Origin: Vibrio vulnificus CMCP6
Lineage (GTDB): Bacteria > Pseudomonadota > Gammaproteobacteria > Enterobacterales > Vibrionaceae
Direction of reading: 5' to 3'
Assembly (NCBI RefSeq): GCF_000039765.1
Contig: NC_004460.2
Coordinates: 360,001-392,000, forward strand
DNA: 32,000 bases
Under the pieces are notes generated by a model. That model was not told where the DNA came from, made no database searches, and saw nothing but the letters and a program-made list of their open reading frames with translations. The stretch's first letter is position 1, and each line of letters opens with the position of its first letter. Positions 9,622 through 19,608 of this stretch are shown in pieces. The translations under genes and the position numbers were made by a program.

Positions 9622-11007
9622 ATGAACGCACTTCACTCAGAGACAAATAATCCAAAAACCTTGCCAGAAGGTCTATTGAAAACCATTACCAAGCTAGGTT
9701 TCCCCGTTGCCATTCAAAGTGCATTGGTGGCTATCTTGGCTTTAGCCGATGTGCTTATGGTAAGCGACTTTGGTAAAGAAGCAACTGCCGCTGTGGGAAT
9801 TGCCTCAAAATGGCACTTTATCGCCATCATGATTATGGCGGGTTTGGCATCAGCCAATGGCACACTAGTAGCTCAGTATTGGGGCAAAGATGATGCACGC
9901 AGTGCAAAAGCGGTGTCTCTCATTGCGCTGAGCTTTGGCTTAAAAGTCCTGATCCCGGTGACACTACTGATCACCTTGGGTTCGCAGTTTATCATGATGC
10001 TGCAAACCAATGACCAAACCGTTATTGGTCTCGGCTCCGTGTATCTTTGGTATGCGTTCCCAGTACTGTTGTTAACCCACATCGTGATTGTGATTGAATC
10101 AAGCATGCGCTCATCCGGTGACACCGTCACTCCGCTTATCATCGGTTCATTGACCATTGTGATTAACATTGCGTTGAACTATTGGTTGATTAAGGGTGGA
10201 TTTGGCATACCGGCGATGGGCGTAGCAGGTGCAGCATTAGCCACCTCGATTTCACGCGCAATCCAAGTCTTATTGATGCTGGCTTTGATGAAATTAAAGC
10301 AACATTGGTTGTTAACGACCGAAGCCTCCTCTGAAAGACCTTCTTTATGGCTGTCCTATCGACGATTAGCCCTGCCTGTCACGTTAGGCGCGGTATTGTG
10401 GGGCATTGGAACCATGGCCTACCAAATTATTTTTGGGCACATGGGAACGACCGAACTGGCCGTATTTAGCATGTTGGGACCGTTTGAATCTCTTTGTTAT
10501 GCGATTTTCTTTGGATTGTCCGTCGCCTGCTCTGTGTTGATTGGCCAATCCTTAGGGCGAAATGAGTTTGAACGCGCTCAAGCCATGGCGGCGTACTTTA
10601 TCAAAGTGGTGTTTATTGTTGGTTTATCCGTTGGTGCGTTTATGTTGTTAAACCGTGAATGGATTCTCGCTGGCCTCAATTTGAATACTGAGGAGTTACG
10701 CCCACTTGCTGCACCGGCTGTGATTATCCTCTGCTGTGGCATTTGGATTCGTATGCTGAACATGACCATCATCAACGGCATCATCCGCGCAGGTGGCGAC
10801 AACATCTTCTGTTTGAGAATGGACTTTATCGCCATGTGGATGACTGGTATTCCCTTATGCGCTTTTGCTGCGTTCATCGCAGGCATGGAGTTTAAAGTGG
10901 TTTACTCACTGATGTTAGCGGAAGAAGTGGTCAAGCTGGCGCTTTGTTATCGTCGCTACACACAGAAATTCTGGATCAAGAACCTGACTGTGGTGACGAC
11001 TTGCTAG
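9622..11007 (+). CDS. MATE family efflux transporter
   Basis: 461 aa, 12 hydrophobic segments, MATE-type FPVAIQSALVAILALADVLMVSDFG and GTLVAQYWG motifs. Confidence 0.92.
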   Translation: MNALHSETNNPKTLPEGLLKTITKLGFPVAIQSALVAILALADVLMVSDFGKEATAAVGIASKWHFIAIMIMAGLASANGTLVAQYWGKDDARSAKAVSLIALSFGLKVLIPVTLLITLGSQFIMMLQTNDQTVIGLGSVYLWYAFPVLLLTHIVIVIESSMRSSGDTVTPLIIGSLTIVINIALNYWLIKGGFGIPAMGVAGAALATSISRAIQVLLMLALMKLKQHWLLTTEASSERPSLWLSYRRLALPVTLGAVLWGIGTMAYQIIFGHMGTTELAVFSMLGPFESLCYAIFFGLSVACSVLIGQSLGRNEFERAQAMAAYFIKVVFIVGLSVGAFMLLNREWILAGLNLNTEELRPLAAPAVIILCCGIWIRMLNMTIINGIIRAGGDNIFCLRMDFIAMWMTGIPLCAFAAFIAGMEFKVVYSLMLAEEVVKLALCYRRYTQKFWIKNLTVVTTC

Positions 11008-11374
11008 CCAACCGTTTGTGTCGGTTTGAACTCTCCGGTGCCGGCTTCTCTGGCACCGCTTTTTTTTCATGCAGCAAGTGCCTCACGGCCAGTATGGGGT
11101 GAACAAGTAACATACGTGGGCCTGCGTAACGCATTACCAAACGCATCTGTTCTTTTTGCGCTTTCTTATAACAGTGAATGGGACACTTATTGCAGGTCGG
11201 CTTATTTTCACCATAGGGGCATCTATCCAAACGCACCTCGGCGTACTCCATCAACGCTTGGCATTCATCACACAGCCCTTCGCTTTGGTGATGATCTTTG
11301 CAATAAATCTTGATCATCGCAGTCACTGTTTTAAATTCTGTCGCCAGTGCACCCATCAGCATGTTTGAAGTCAT
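10976..11374 (-). CDS. Nitrous oxide-stimulated promoter family protein (small Cys-rich)
   Basis: IKIYCKDHHQSEGLCDECQALMEYAEVRLDRCPYGENKPTCNKCPIHCYKKAQKEQMRLVMRYAGPRMLLVHPILAVRHL matches my recollection of the family. ATG at 11374 has a good SD (GGAAGAAC). Confidence 0.85.
   Translation of the reverse strand: MTSNMLMGALATEFKTVTAMIKIYCKDHHQSEGLCDECQALMEYAEVRLDRCPYGENKPTCNKCPIHCYKKAQKEQMRLVMRYAGPRMLLVHPILAVRHLLHEKKAVPEKPAPESSNRHKRLASKSSPQSGS
11036..11068 (+). terminator. Rho-independent terminator for the MATE gene, lying inside the antisense gene
   Basis: CGGTGCC-N9-GGCACCG stem followed by a run of T. Confidence 0.75.
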
Positions 11375-11508
11375 CGTTCTTCCAATTCTTATCAATAACA
11401 TTGTCAATTTTAGGTCTGTTCGAGAATTGTTTTCATTTATCTAAATCAAACTCGCTTGTACTTTTCAGCACAAATGATTATTCTCTGCCACCTTTAACGG
11501 GGGCAAAC

Positions 11509-11712
11509 ATGAACCGCAAAAAGAAAATCAATCAAATCTTAAAATCCAAGCAGAAAAAGCAAAACGCTAAACTGCACAAAAGCAACAAGCCTCGCTATAT
11601 TTCCAAAGCAGAGCGCGCCAAGTTAGATGCAATGGAAAAGTTAGACGCAATGGAAAATGGCGCAGACGCAGAGCACTCAGCCGAGGCTGAAACGCTTAAC
11701 GCCACAGAATAG
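11509..11712 (+). CDS. DUF2986 small lysine-rich protein
   Basis: MNRKKKINQILKSKQKKQNAKLHKSNKPRYISKAERAKL; ATG at 11509 preceded by GGGGG SD. Confidence 0.8.
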   Translation: MNRKKKINQILKSKQKKQNAKLHKSNKPRYISKAERAKLDAMEKLDAMENGADAEHSAEAETLNATE

Positions 11713-11713
11713 C

Positions 11714-11745
11714 AAAACCGCTCAAATTGAGCGGTTTTTCTTTCA
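11714..11745. terminator. Rho-independent terminator
   Basis: AAAACCGCTC-AAATT-GAGCGGTTTT followed by T-rich tract. Confidence 0.9.
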
Positions 11746-11792
11746 TTCTCTTTTTCGTTTTTTCTTTTATTTCAGGGTAACTTTGAACAGGC

Positions 11793-13409
11793 TTACACCT
11801 TAAAGTAACGCAATTGGTCATTCAAAATTTCAGCTGCAGCGGCCATCGACTGGCTTTCTTGTGCAAGTAACTGGGACGATTGCATCACTTCATTCGCAGC
11901 TAAGTGAATACTGGTGACATTTTCCGTCATCTCATTCGCGACCAAGCCTTGTTGCTCAGAGGCTGCGGCAATTTGCGCCACCATATCATTGGATTTCACC
12001 AACTCTTCAACCATTAGAGACAGCTGTTTTTGCGTTTCAATCGTAATTGTCACACTTTGCTCAACTTTGCTGTTACTGCGCTCCATCGCTTTGACGGTGC
12101 GTGCGGTACGTTCGGTTAACTGATCGATGGTTTGCTGTACCTCCGTGGTGGATTGCTGAGTCCGTGAGGCCAAGTTACGCACTTCATCCGCCACCACCGC
12201 AAACCCACGCCCTTGCTCACCAGCACGCGCCGCTTCAATCGCTGCGTTGAGCGCGAGCAAATTTGTCTGCTCAGAGACCTCACGAATCACGCTAACAACA
12301 GCACTGATTTCTTGTACGCCTAATTTCAGTTCCGTCACCAGTTGATCGGCGGCTGAAATTTCCTGAGAGACGTGCGAGATCGTCTCTGCCGTTTTGCTCA
12401 TCGATTCCCCACTTTGTTCTGCATGCGTCGTCACCACACCCGTCGTATGCGCAGTGTTTTCCGCGTTGTTGGCGACATCAGCAATCGTGGTGCTCATCTC
12501 TGTCATCGCCGCTGAAAGCAGTTCTAACTGAGCGTGTTGACTGCCGACACTGGTTGCGGCTTCTTCACTTGCCTGAGCAATATTCTGTGCCATCGACGCC
12601 GATTGTGCGGAAGCCTCATGAGCCGCAATTAAGGTGTACTGCAGTTTCTCCAGCATTCGATCGATTTCATTGCTCATCACTCCAAGTTCGTCTTTGCGTT
12701 TTGCATTCAAACGGACACGAAGATCACCATCAGCAATGTTATTGGTGTTCTCAATCAATCGATTAAGAGGTAGGACGATGTTGGAAGAAATAACGTACCC
12801 CATCGCGAGAAGAACCGCCGCCATCAAACCCGCAACGATGGCCGCCTTAGCCATTTGCAGGTAAAACGCTTCGTGAATATCAGCAACCAAAATGCCCGAG
12901 CCAATGATCCAGTTCCATTCAGGCACCAGCGTGACATAAGAGATTTTCTCTTTTAGTTCACCTTGAGGGCTTTTCCATTGATAGTCGAGAAAACCTCGCC
13001 CTTGCGTGGACGTCACGCTCGCCATCTCTCGCCAATGAAATTTACCCGCGCCATCTTTAAAATCCCGAGCACTCTTCCCATTGAGTTCTGGCTTAACAGG
13101 ATGCACGACGACCTGCAGTTGCGGCGTGGTGATCCAAAAATAATTATCCTCATCGTAGCGCAACTGATTCACCGCCTCTTTCGCTTGCGCCTGCGCTTCA
13201 TCCAAACCAATTTCTTTGGCTAAAGTGTGATAATGCTCTATCAGACTCGCTACCGTTTCGACTTGAGCACTGAGTTTGCTTTCCCGTTCAGCGAGGGATG
13301 TTTTTCGCTGTTCATTGAGGTTATAGAGTGAAGTGACCGCGATTAATAACGCCGCGAGTAAGACAAGCGATAGAAGTTTGTACTTAACAGACAAATTACT
13401 TAATTTCAT
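11793..13409 (-). CDS. Methyl-accepting chemotaxis protein with periplasmic Cache-type sensor
   Basis: Single-Cache signature [31 protein letters not shown] segment, and MCP hairpin [35 protein letters not shown]. Confidence 0.95.
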   Translation of the reverse strand: MKLSNLSVKYKLLSLVLLAALLIAVTSLYNLNEQRKTSLAERESKLSAQVETVASLIEHYHTLAKEIGLDEAQAQAKEAVNQLRYDEDNYFWITTPQLQVVVHPVKPELNGKSARDFKDGAGKFHWREMASVTSTQGRGFLDYQWKSPQGELKEKISYVTLVPEWNWIIGSGILVADIHEAFYLQMAKAAIVAGLMAAVLLAMGYVISSNIVLPLNRLIENTNNIADGDLRVRLNAKRKDELGVMSNEIDRMLEKLQYTLIAAHEASAQSASMAQNIAQASEEAATSVGSQHAQLELLSAAMTEMSTTIADVANNAENTAHTTGVVTTHAEQSGESMSKTAETISHVSQEISAADQLVTELKLGVQEISAVVSVIREVSEQTNLLALNAAIEAARAGEQGRGFAVVADEVRNLASRTQQSTTEVQQTIDQLTERTARTVKAMERSNSKVEQSVTITIETQKQLSLMVEELVKSNDMVAQIAAASEQQGLVANEMTENVTSIHLAANEVMQSSQLLAQESQSMAAAAEILNDQLRYFKV

Positions 13410-13914
13410 TTAAGCATCCATTTTTATAAATAAAGCCAACTGAGTCATGTTTTTCTGAAACGCTGATTTTTACCTGTTTAATTGAATAGACAAAGGATGC
13501 ATATCACGATTTTAACCACATGTTATCTATGGGTTTCATAAAGTCAGTTTCAATCACGTTCTTATGCAAATTAGTAATCAAAACCGTTAGCTTTAATGGC
13601 AATTTGAAGCACAAATCACTAAACAAAAAGAAAAATACGGGCCACATATTACAAAAAGTAAACACGCAACTAAGTGATTGTATAAAACATAGCCCGAACA
13701 CAAATTCACCATTGTTAACTCTATCTGTTTAATCTCTCAATTATCCATTAACAGCTTTCTTACCTGACCTTTACGAACGCCCGATTTTCCGTGAGTTAAC
13801 ACCGAGAAATTGCATTCCAAAATTGCATAAAAGTGTTATGTGAACCGCGTTTACTATTTTTTTTGTATAACGCGAGAGAATGAAATCACCAATATTTCGT
13901 TAAGGATAAACAAT

Positions 13915-15243
13915 ATGTTGTATTTGGAATTCCTGTTCCTTTTGCTGATGTTATACATCGGCTCTCGATACGGCGGTATCGGTCTTGGGGTCGTTTCCGG
14001 CATTGGTTTGGTGATTGAAGTTTTTGTTTTCAAAATGCCTCCAACGTCCCCGCCAGTCACGGTAATGCTGATCATTTTGGCGGTCGTGACCTGTGCGTCT
14101 ATTTTGGAAGCGGCGGGCGGCTTGAAGTACATGCTGCAAGTTGCAGAAAGAATGCTGCGCAAAAACCCGAAACGCGTTACCCTCATTGCCCCTTTTGTCA
14201 CCTACACCATGACATTCATGTTGGGTACCGGCCACGCGGTTTACTCAATCATGCCAATCATCGGTGATGTTGCACTGAAAAATGGCATTCGACCTGAGCG
14301 TCCGATGGCAGCCGCATCCGTTGCGTCACAAATCGCGATTACGGCCTCGCCAATCTCAGCGGCGGTGGTGTACTACCTTGCACAGCTTTCTGATATCAAT
14401 CATGAGATTACGCTCCTTTCTATTCTGCTTGTGACCGTGCCAGCGACGCTGTTTGGTACGTTGCTGATGTCACTCTACAGCATGAAACGCGGCAAGGAGT
14501 TGGAAGACGATCCTGAGTATCAAGCACGTTTGAAAGATCCTGTTTGGCGCGAGAAGATCCTCAACACCACCGCGACATCGTTGGATGAGCATCTACCTGC
14601 AGCAGCACGCAACTCGGTTCTACTGTTCATTTTGTCAATTTTGACCATTGTGGTTATCGCGATGATTCCTGAAGTTCGAATCATCGGCGAAGGCTCGAAA
14701 CCCATTAGTATGGCCGTCGTCATTCAAATGATGATGCTCTGTTTCGGCGGTATCATTTTATTGGCAACCAAGACCGACCCACGCAGCGTGCCAAATGGCG
14801 TGGTATTCAAATCGGGCATGGTTGCGGCAATTGCCATCTTCGGTATTGCCTGGATGTCTGACACCTACTTCCAATACGCGATGCCGCAATTCAAATCGGG
14901 CATTGTGGAGATGGTAAACAACTACCCATGGACATTCGCACTGGCGCTGTTCATTGTTTCAGTCGTGGTGAACTCTCAAGCCGCTGTGGCGCGCATGATG
15001 CTTCCTGTCGGTCTTGGTCTGGGTTTGGAACCGGCCTTGTTGGTTGGCTTAATGCCTGCCCTATACGGCTACTTCTTTATTCCAAACTATCCGTCAGATA
15101 TCGCGACGGTGAACTTTGATAACACGGGAACCACCAAAATTGGTAAGTGGTATTTCAACCACTCCTTTATGTCGGTTGGTTTGATTGGCGTGATTGGCGC
15201 GTGCTGTTTAGGCTATCTGCTAGGACAGATGATCATCGGTTAA
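13915..15243 (+). CDS. Anaerobic C4-dicarboxylate transporter, Dcu family
   Basis: Dcu-like TFMLGTGHAVYSIMPIIGDVALKNGIRPERPMAAASVASQIAITASPISAAVVYYLAQ. ATG at 13915 with SD TAAGGAT preferred over 13840. Confidence 0.9.
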   Translation: MLYLEFLFLLLMLYIGSRYGGIGLGVVSGIGLVIEVFVFKMPPTSPPVTVMLIILAVVTCASILEAAGGLKYMLQVAERMLRKNPKRVTLIAPFVTYTMTFMLGTGHAVYSIMPIIGDVALKNGIRPERPMAAASVASQIAITASPISAAVVYYLAQLSDINHEITLLSILLVTVPATLFGTLLMSLYSMKRGKELEDDPEYQARLKDPVWREKILNTTATSLDEHLPAAARNSVLLFILSILTIVVIAMIPEVRIIGEGSKPISMAVVIQMMMLCFGGIILLATKTDPRSVPNGVVFKSGMVAAIAIFGIAWMSDTYFQYAMPQFKSGIVEMVNNYPWTFALALFIVSVVVNSQAAVARMMLPVGLGLGLEPALLVGLMPALYGYFFIPNYPSDIATVNFDNTGTTKIGKWYFNHSFMSVGLIGVIGACCLGYLLGQMIIG

Positions 15244-15275
15244 CCACCGTGTTGTAAGCTATAACCCATAACGAC

Positions 15276-15317
15276 AAAGAGCGGATATCAAGCCTGAAAT
15301 GATACCGCTCTTTTTTT
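15276..15317. terminator. Bidirectional rho-independent terminator between convergent genes
   Basis: AAAGAGCGG-ATATCA...TGATA-CCGCTCTTTTTTT imperfect long stem with T-run. Confidence 0.85.
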
Positions 15318-15348
15318 ATTTGTCGCTAAACTTTATTTGTCGCTAAAC
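15315..15348. repeat. Two perfect tandem copies of 17-bp TTTATTTGTCGCTAAAC
   Basis: 15315-15331 and 15332-15348 are identical. Confidence 0.9.
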
Positions 15349-15361
15349 AGTGAGACGTTAG

Positions 15362-16642
15362 CTAGGAACGTGAATCGGCGCTTTTGTCGGCGAGCACATT
15401 GCGTTGTTGAGTGATATGCTCACGTTCGCTTACTTGCTCACCCTTCGCTTTATCAAGTTTGGCTTCACTGCTTTTCAGTTTGTGACTCAAAAACTTCAAC
15501 CAATTCTGCGTCTGCTTTGTAGAACGTAAAGCATCCGCTTTTTTTGCTTGTGCGTACGCCTGATCAATTCTTTCAAGTCGATAGAGCGCATTTATCTTGA
15601 GTAACTGCGCGTCGAACTGACGCTTTGGATTATCCATTTCAGCCAAAGAAATCAGCACTTGTTGATAGCGCTGCAGCTGGTTTTCCAATAGCGCCACTTC
15701 CCACTGGTACTGGCTCTCTTGTTTTGCTAACCGTTGCCAAAGTTCGAGCGCTTGTTGCCACTCTTTTGCCGCTTGCCAATACTGGGCTTGCAACTTGATG
15801 AGCTTAGGATCTTGCTGTGAGTTCTCAATTCTGGCCAAGGTTTGTGCCGCTTTTTGATAGATACCTTGCGCTGCATACAAATAGGCCAGTGATTTCGTTT
15901 CCGCCTCGTTGAGTTCAAGCCCTTGCAACTCTATGAGTGTCAGCATATCGAGCGCAGATTTCTCCTGCCCTAGGTTTAAGTAAGCGTTGTAGGCTTGTAG
16001 CCACCAGTTTTTATTCGACGGCTCAAGAGCGATGAGCTGCTTGGCCAACGGAATCACGGACTTCCATTGTTCTAACTGAACATGAGCGGCAAGCGCTAGC
16101 GAGAGAATCGTTGTATCTGGTTTTTTCTCAACCCGCTGAAACCCTTTTGTCGCAACAATGGTCTCACGCCAGTTTTCAACACTGTATTGGGCTTGCACGA
16201 GATAACGCCAAATTTCGGCAGCACTCTCATTTTCAGGCACCTGTTTTAGCAGTTTGTTGAGCTGAGGAATCGCTTTTTTATAATCACCTTGCGTCAGATA
16301 GAGTTGCGTCAACATGCGTCGCGTGACCCACTCTTCTTCAAACGTGAATAATTCGAACGATAGCGCTTTCTCTAACGAGGCAATCGAACGCGTGAATTGC
16401 TCCGCTTGCCAATAGTAGATCCCCAACAATTTTGACAGCGCTGCCACATCATCCGGCCGAGAGACCTCTGCGCTATTGAGCTTCGCGATGGCATCCGCGA
16501 GCGCATTATTGTCTGCAAGCTGTTGTGCATTTTGCATCACGCGTGCGGTGTACTGGCTGACATTGGTACCAGAGGCCGCCAGAACGGCGGGTTGCCATAA
16601 CCATTGAGTGAGCAGTAATGTCAGTATCCGTTTTTTCATCAC
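15362..16642 (-). CDS. Tetratricopeptide repeat protein of the TonB operon
   Basis: TPR-like helical repeats (ALADAIAKLNSAEVSRPDDVAALSKLLGIYYWQAEQFTRSIASLEKAL), signal peptide; 4-nt overlap with upstream tonB. Confidence 0.88.
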   Translation of the reverse strand: MMKKRILTLLLTQWLWQPAVLAASGTNVSQYTARVMQNAQQLADNNALADAIAKLNSAEVSRPDDVAALSKLLGIYYWQAEQFTRSIASLEKALSFELFTFEEEWVTRRMLTQLYLTQGDYKKAIPQLNKLLKQVPENESAAEIWRYLVQAQYSVENWRETIVATKGFQRVEKKPDTTILSLALAAHVQLEQWKSVIPLAKQLIALEPSNKNWWLQAYNAYLNLGQEKSALDMLTLIELQGLELNEAETKSLAYLYAAQGIYQKAAQTLARIENSQQDPKLIKLQAQYWQAAKEWQQALELWQRLAKQESQYQWEVALLENQLQRYQQVLISLAEMDNPKRQFDAQLLKINALYRLERIDQAYAQAKKADALRSTKQTQNWLKFLSHKLKSSEAKLDKAKGEQVSEREHITQQRNVLADKSADSRS

Positions 16643-17277
16643 TGTGCCATCTTAAATTCTATCTTAGTGGTATAGCCGTAAATGGTTTGAGCTTGTCCAT
16701 CCACAATCTGTGGCTGGTAGCGCCAACGCTTAATTGCATCCATCGCATTTCTCTCAAAAAAACGCGCTGGCTGCGCTTCCACCACTTCAATGTTTTTGGT
16801 TCGCCCTGTTTCATCAATATCAAATTTGAGTATGACATAGCCTTCAATACGACGCTTCTTCGCCTTAGCCGGATACACCGCCTCTACCCGACTTAATGGC
16901 ATCAACTGTTTGGTGGTATTGCTGGCGTTTTGCGTCGGCGCACTGACCGTCGCTGGGATAGAAACCGCCAAACCACTGACATTAAAGCGCATATCAATAT
17001 TGGGCGTCGCAACCTGTGTCGACGTCACTTGCATCGGCGTTTGCGTCATTTTCGGCGTTTCCGGTTGTGGCGGCTCAGGGATCTCGGGCGGCGGTGGAAC
17101 ACTACGCTGCCTTCTCGTGACTTCGGTATCCTGCTCTACCATCACCATGTTGAAACTCAGTGAAGGCGTCTGATCGATTGCTTGCTTTTTGCCGCTATTG
17201 ACGAGCAACGCCATGGCGGAAAACAAGGCAAAGACCAGCGCTAACGCCACGGGAAACGCGATCACAAGACGCATCAT
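16639..17277 (-). CDS. tonB: TonB family energy transducer
   Basis: N-terminal TM anchor, Pro/Gln/Glu-rich linker PPPPEIPEPPQPETPK, C-terminal TonB domain with EGYVILKFDIDETGRTKNIEVVEAQPARFFERNAMDAIKRWRYQP. Confidence 0.93.
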   Translation of the reverse strand: MMRLVIAFPVALALVFALFSAMALLVNSGKKQAIDQTPSLSFNMVMVEQDTEVTRRQRSVPPPPEIPEPPQPETPKMTQTPMQVTSTQVATPNIDMRFNVSGLAVSIPATVSAPTQNASNTTKQLMPLSRVEAVYPAKAKKRRIEGYVILKFDIDETGRTKNIEVVEAQPARFFERNAMDAIKRWRYQPQIVDGQAQTIYGYTTKIEFKMAQ

Positions 17278-17681
17278 TACGATTTCTCCGCCGCTAATGC
17301 GATGTTTTTCACCCCAGCGGCTTTGGCTGCGTCCATCACTTTAACGACGACGCCGTTGTAGGCGTATTCATCCGCTTGAATCACGAGCGAAGCATCCGGC
17401 TGTTCAAGCAACAGGCGTTCAATGCTCGCTTGTACGCGCTCTACGTCCACCATACGTTTATCGATATAGATGTCATTGGCAGCGGTGATCGCAACGAAAA
17501 TACCCGCATCTTTCTGCGCCGAAACGTTGGCCGCTTGAGGGCGATTCACTTCGACACCAGACTCACGCACAAAGGAGCTCGTGACAATAAAGAAAATCAG
17601 CATGATAAACACAATATCGAGCATTGAAGTTAGGTCAATTTGTGCTTCGTCGCTTTTACTTTGACGTCTGCCTAATCTCAT
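17277..17681 (-). CDS. exbD: Biopolymer transport protein ExbD
   Basis: IDLTSMLDIVFIMLIFFIVTSSFVRESG signature TM segment. Confidence 0.94.
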   Translation of the reverse strand: MRLGRRQSKSDEAQIDLTSMLDIVFIMLIFFIVTSSFVRESGVEVNRPQAANVSAQKDAGIFVAITAANDIYIDKRMVDVERVQASIERLLLEQPDASLVIQADEYAYNGVVVKVMDAAKAAGVKNIALAAEKS

Positions 17682-18235
17682 GAGTCACTCCTCAAAGACT
17701 GCTCTAATTTCACTTCTCGGTTTTGGCACAGTTTTACCAAGCGAGCGTGAACAAACATACCTACTAACGCTGCCACCATGCCCGCCATCGTTGGCAAGGT
17801 GGCCAATGAAATGCCAGAAGCCATGAGCTTTGGATTGCTGCTGCCTTGTGTCGCCATGACATCAAACACGGAGATCATGCCTGTCACGGTGCCAAGTAAA
17901 CCAAGCATCGGGCAAATGGCCACCAGCACTTTGATAAAGGCCAAGTGTTTGAATAACTGCTGATGCGCGTCATCTAACCACGCTTCTCTTTGCGAACGAG
18001 CAAACCATGAAAGGTGATCGTGTCGCATTTGCCATTTTTGCAATGTTTCTGCACGTAAACGAGGGTAAGCACAGTAGATAAACAGCAATTTTTCGATGGT
18101 CAGTAGCCAAAAGATCACCGCGACCGCCGCTAACCACCAGAGCACTTCTCCGCCTTGTTGCATGAAGGAATAGAGCGCATTCCACCATGAAGATGAAGTC
18201 AGTAGTTCTGGCCAAATATCGGAATGAAGGTCCAT
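17678..18235 (-). CDS. exbB: MotA/TolQ/ExbB proton channel family protein (ExbB)
   Basis: ICPMLGLLGTVTGMISVFDVMATQGSSNPKLMASGISLATLPTMAGMVAALVGMF; small ExbB2-type. ATG at 18235 preferred over GTG at 18244. Confidence 0.93.
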   Translation of the reverse strand: MDLHSDIWPELLTSSSWWNALYSFMQQGGEVLWWLAAVAVIFWLLTIEKLLFIYCAYPRLRAETLQKWQMRHDHLSWFARSQREAWLDDAHQQLFKHLAFIKVLVAICPMLGLLGTVTGMISVFDVMATQGSSNPKLMASGISLATLPTMAGMVAALVGMFVHARLVKLCQNREVKLEQSLRSDS

Positions 18236-18240
18236 GATGA

Positions 18241-19608
18241 TCACGCCGCGTTGCCGACTTTATCCATGGTAGGCGTGAGGCTGGGTAACTGCTGCTCTGC
18301 TTGTTGTGCCACCAAACCAATGCCTTGCTTTTCAAGGATGCTGCGAATTTCTTCCGCCCAACCACTGAGCACGTTATGTGCGAGCAACAACGGCATCGCC
18401 GCCACCAAGCCTAGCACGGTGGTGACCAACGCCATCGAGATGCCGCTGGCCATGACTTTTGGATCACCGTTACCAAATTGAGTGATCACTTGGAAGGTTT
18501 CGATCATACCGATCACCGTACCAAGCAGCCCCAACATCGGTGCCAAAGCCGCCAACAATTTGAGCATCGAAAGCCCTTTTTCAAGCCCGGTCTGCTCATC
18601 CACTATGGTCTCTAACAAGCGCAGTTCTAGAGCTTCGACACTACGTGGCCTGTCTTTGTCATACACCGCAAGCACACGGCCAAGCGGATTATTACCTAAC
18701 TGATTCGGCTGTTTAAGTTGAAGACGAATTTTGCTCTTGGTGGTCAGCAGCAGAATACCGCGATACAAAGCGATAACGAGCCCCACCGCAAGCAAGGCAA
18801 AGATCACTTTGCCAACCACGCCACCCGCTGCAAAGCGATCGGCAAGGCTTGGCGAATGCGCGTATTGCTCGAGCAACACCCCGCGAGTGGGATCAATCAA
18901 CACAGGTGTCATTGAAATCTCGTGCTGTGAACGAAGCGTGTCGAGTGTCGGCGCGCCTTCAGGAAGTTTGGCATAAGGAATCGCAAAACCTTTGTCGCTA
19001 TTCCAGTTAACGAAACCTTGCGGTGCAAGCAAAGCGAAATTCCCCAACGCCATAACATCAGTGGGTTCAACCACACCTTCAGCATTGATAAGCCTTACTT
19101 GAAGCGCTCGCATTTCACCGCTTGCCACAATTTGTTGCTGCATGACATGCCAAAGCGTTTTAAGTTGCGCTATATCGGGCAGCGATTGTGCCGCGACAAT
19201 TTGATTGACCGTTTCAACTTGTTCTGTTTGTCCAATCGAGGTGACTGCGTCGTTGAGATCGGCTTTGAGTTCTTTCGCGTGCTGGCGAACAACACCAAAT
19301 AACTCGCCAAGCGAACCCGTTTCGACACGAAGCTCTTCTTCTAAGTGTGACAAGGTCACTTCGTTATCGCTGAACTGGCTAGAAAGCTGCGCGTTTTTCT
19401 CTTCCAACGTCGATTTTTGCTGTTCCAGTTGGCGTTTTAACTCGGCCAATTGTTGCTCTTGGCTGAGAAACGCATTTTCACGCTGTTGGTTTTCTGCCTG
19501 TTGTTGGCGGCTTTCTTGCGTTGCTTTTGGCACTAATTGCGTTTGAGCGAATGATGGGAGGCTTAACGAAACGAGTAAAGCGAGTGAGATTAATCGACAT
19601 TTGTTCAT
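18241..19608 (-). CDS. TtpC-type large MotA/TolQ/ExbB family protein with coiled-coil N-terminus
   Basis: Signal peptide, long periplasmic coiled-coil, C-terminal LAALAPMLGLLGTVIGMIETFQVITQFGNGDPKVMASGISMALVTTVLGLVAAMPLLLAHN. Confidence 0.92.
   Translation of the reverse strand: MNKCRLISLALLVSLSLPSFAQTQLVPKATQESRQQQAENQQRENAFLSQEQQLAELKRQLEQQKSTLEEKNAQLSSQFSDNEVTLSHLEEELRVETGSLGELFGVVRQHAKELKADLNDAVTSIGQTEQVETVNQIVAAQSLPDIAQLKTLWHVMQQQIVASGEMRALQVRLINAEGVVEPTDVMALGNFALLAPQGFVNWNSDKGFAIPYAKLPEGAPTLDTLRSQHEISMTPVLIDPTRGVLLEQYAHSPSLADRFAAGGVVGKVIFALLAVGLVIALYRGILLLTTKSKIRLQLKQPNQLGNNPLGRVLAVYDKDRPRSVEALELRLLETIVDEQTGLEKGLSMLKLLAALAPMLGLLGTVIGMIETFQVITQFGNGDPKVMASGISMALVTTVLGLVAAMPLLLAHNVLSGWAEEIRSILEKQGIGLVAQQAEQQLPSLTPTMDKVGNAA

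Noticed and set aside
13807-13828. Direct repeat AAATTGCAT x2 upstream of the Dcu transporter
   Set aside because: Short AT-rich repeat with 13-bp periodicity; does not match FNR, CRP or NarP sites well enough to claim.
19205-19546. 113-aa plus-strand Ser/Cys-rich ORF opposite the TtpC-like gene
   Set aside because: Low-complexity composition is the complement of the coiled-coil coding region; not credible as a gene.
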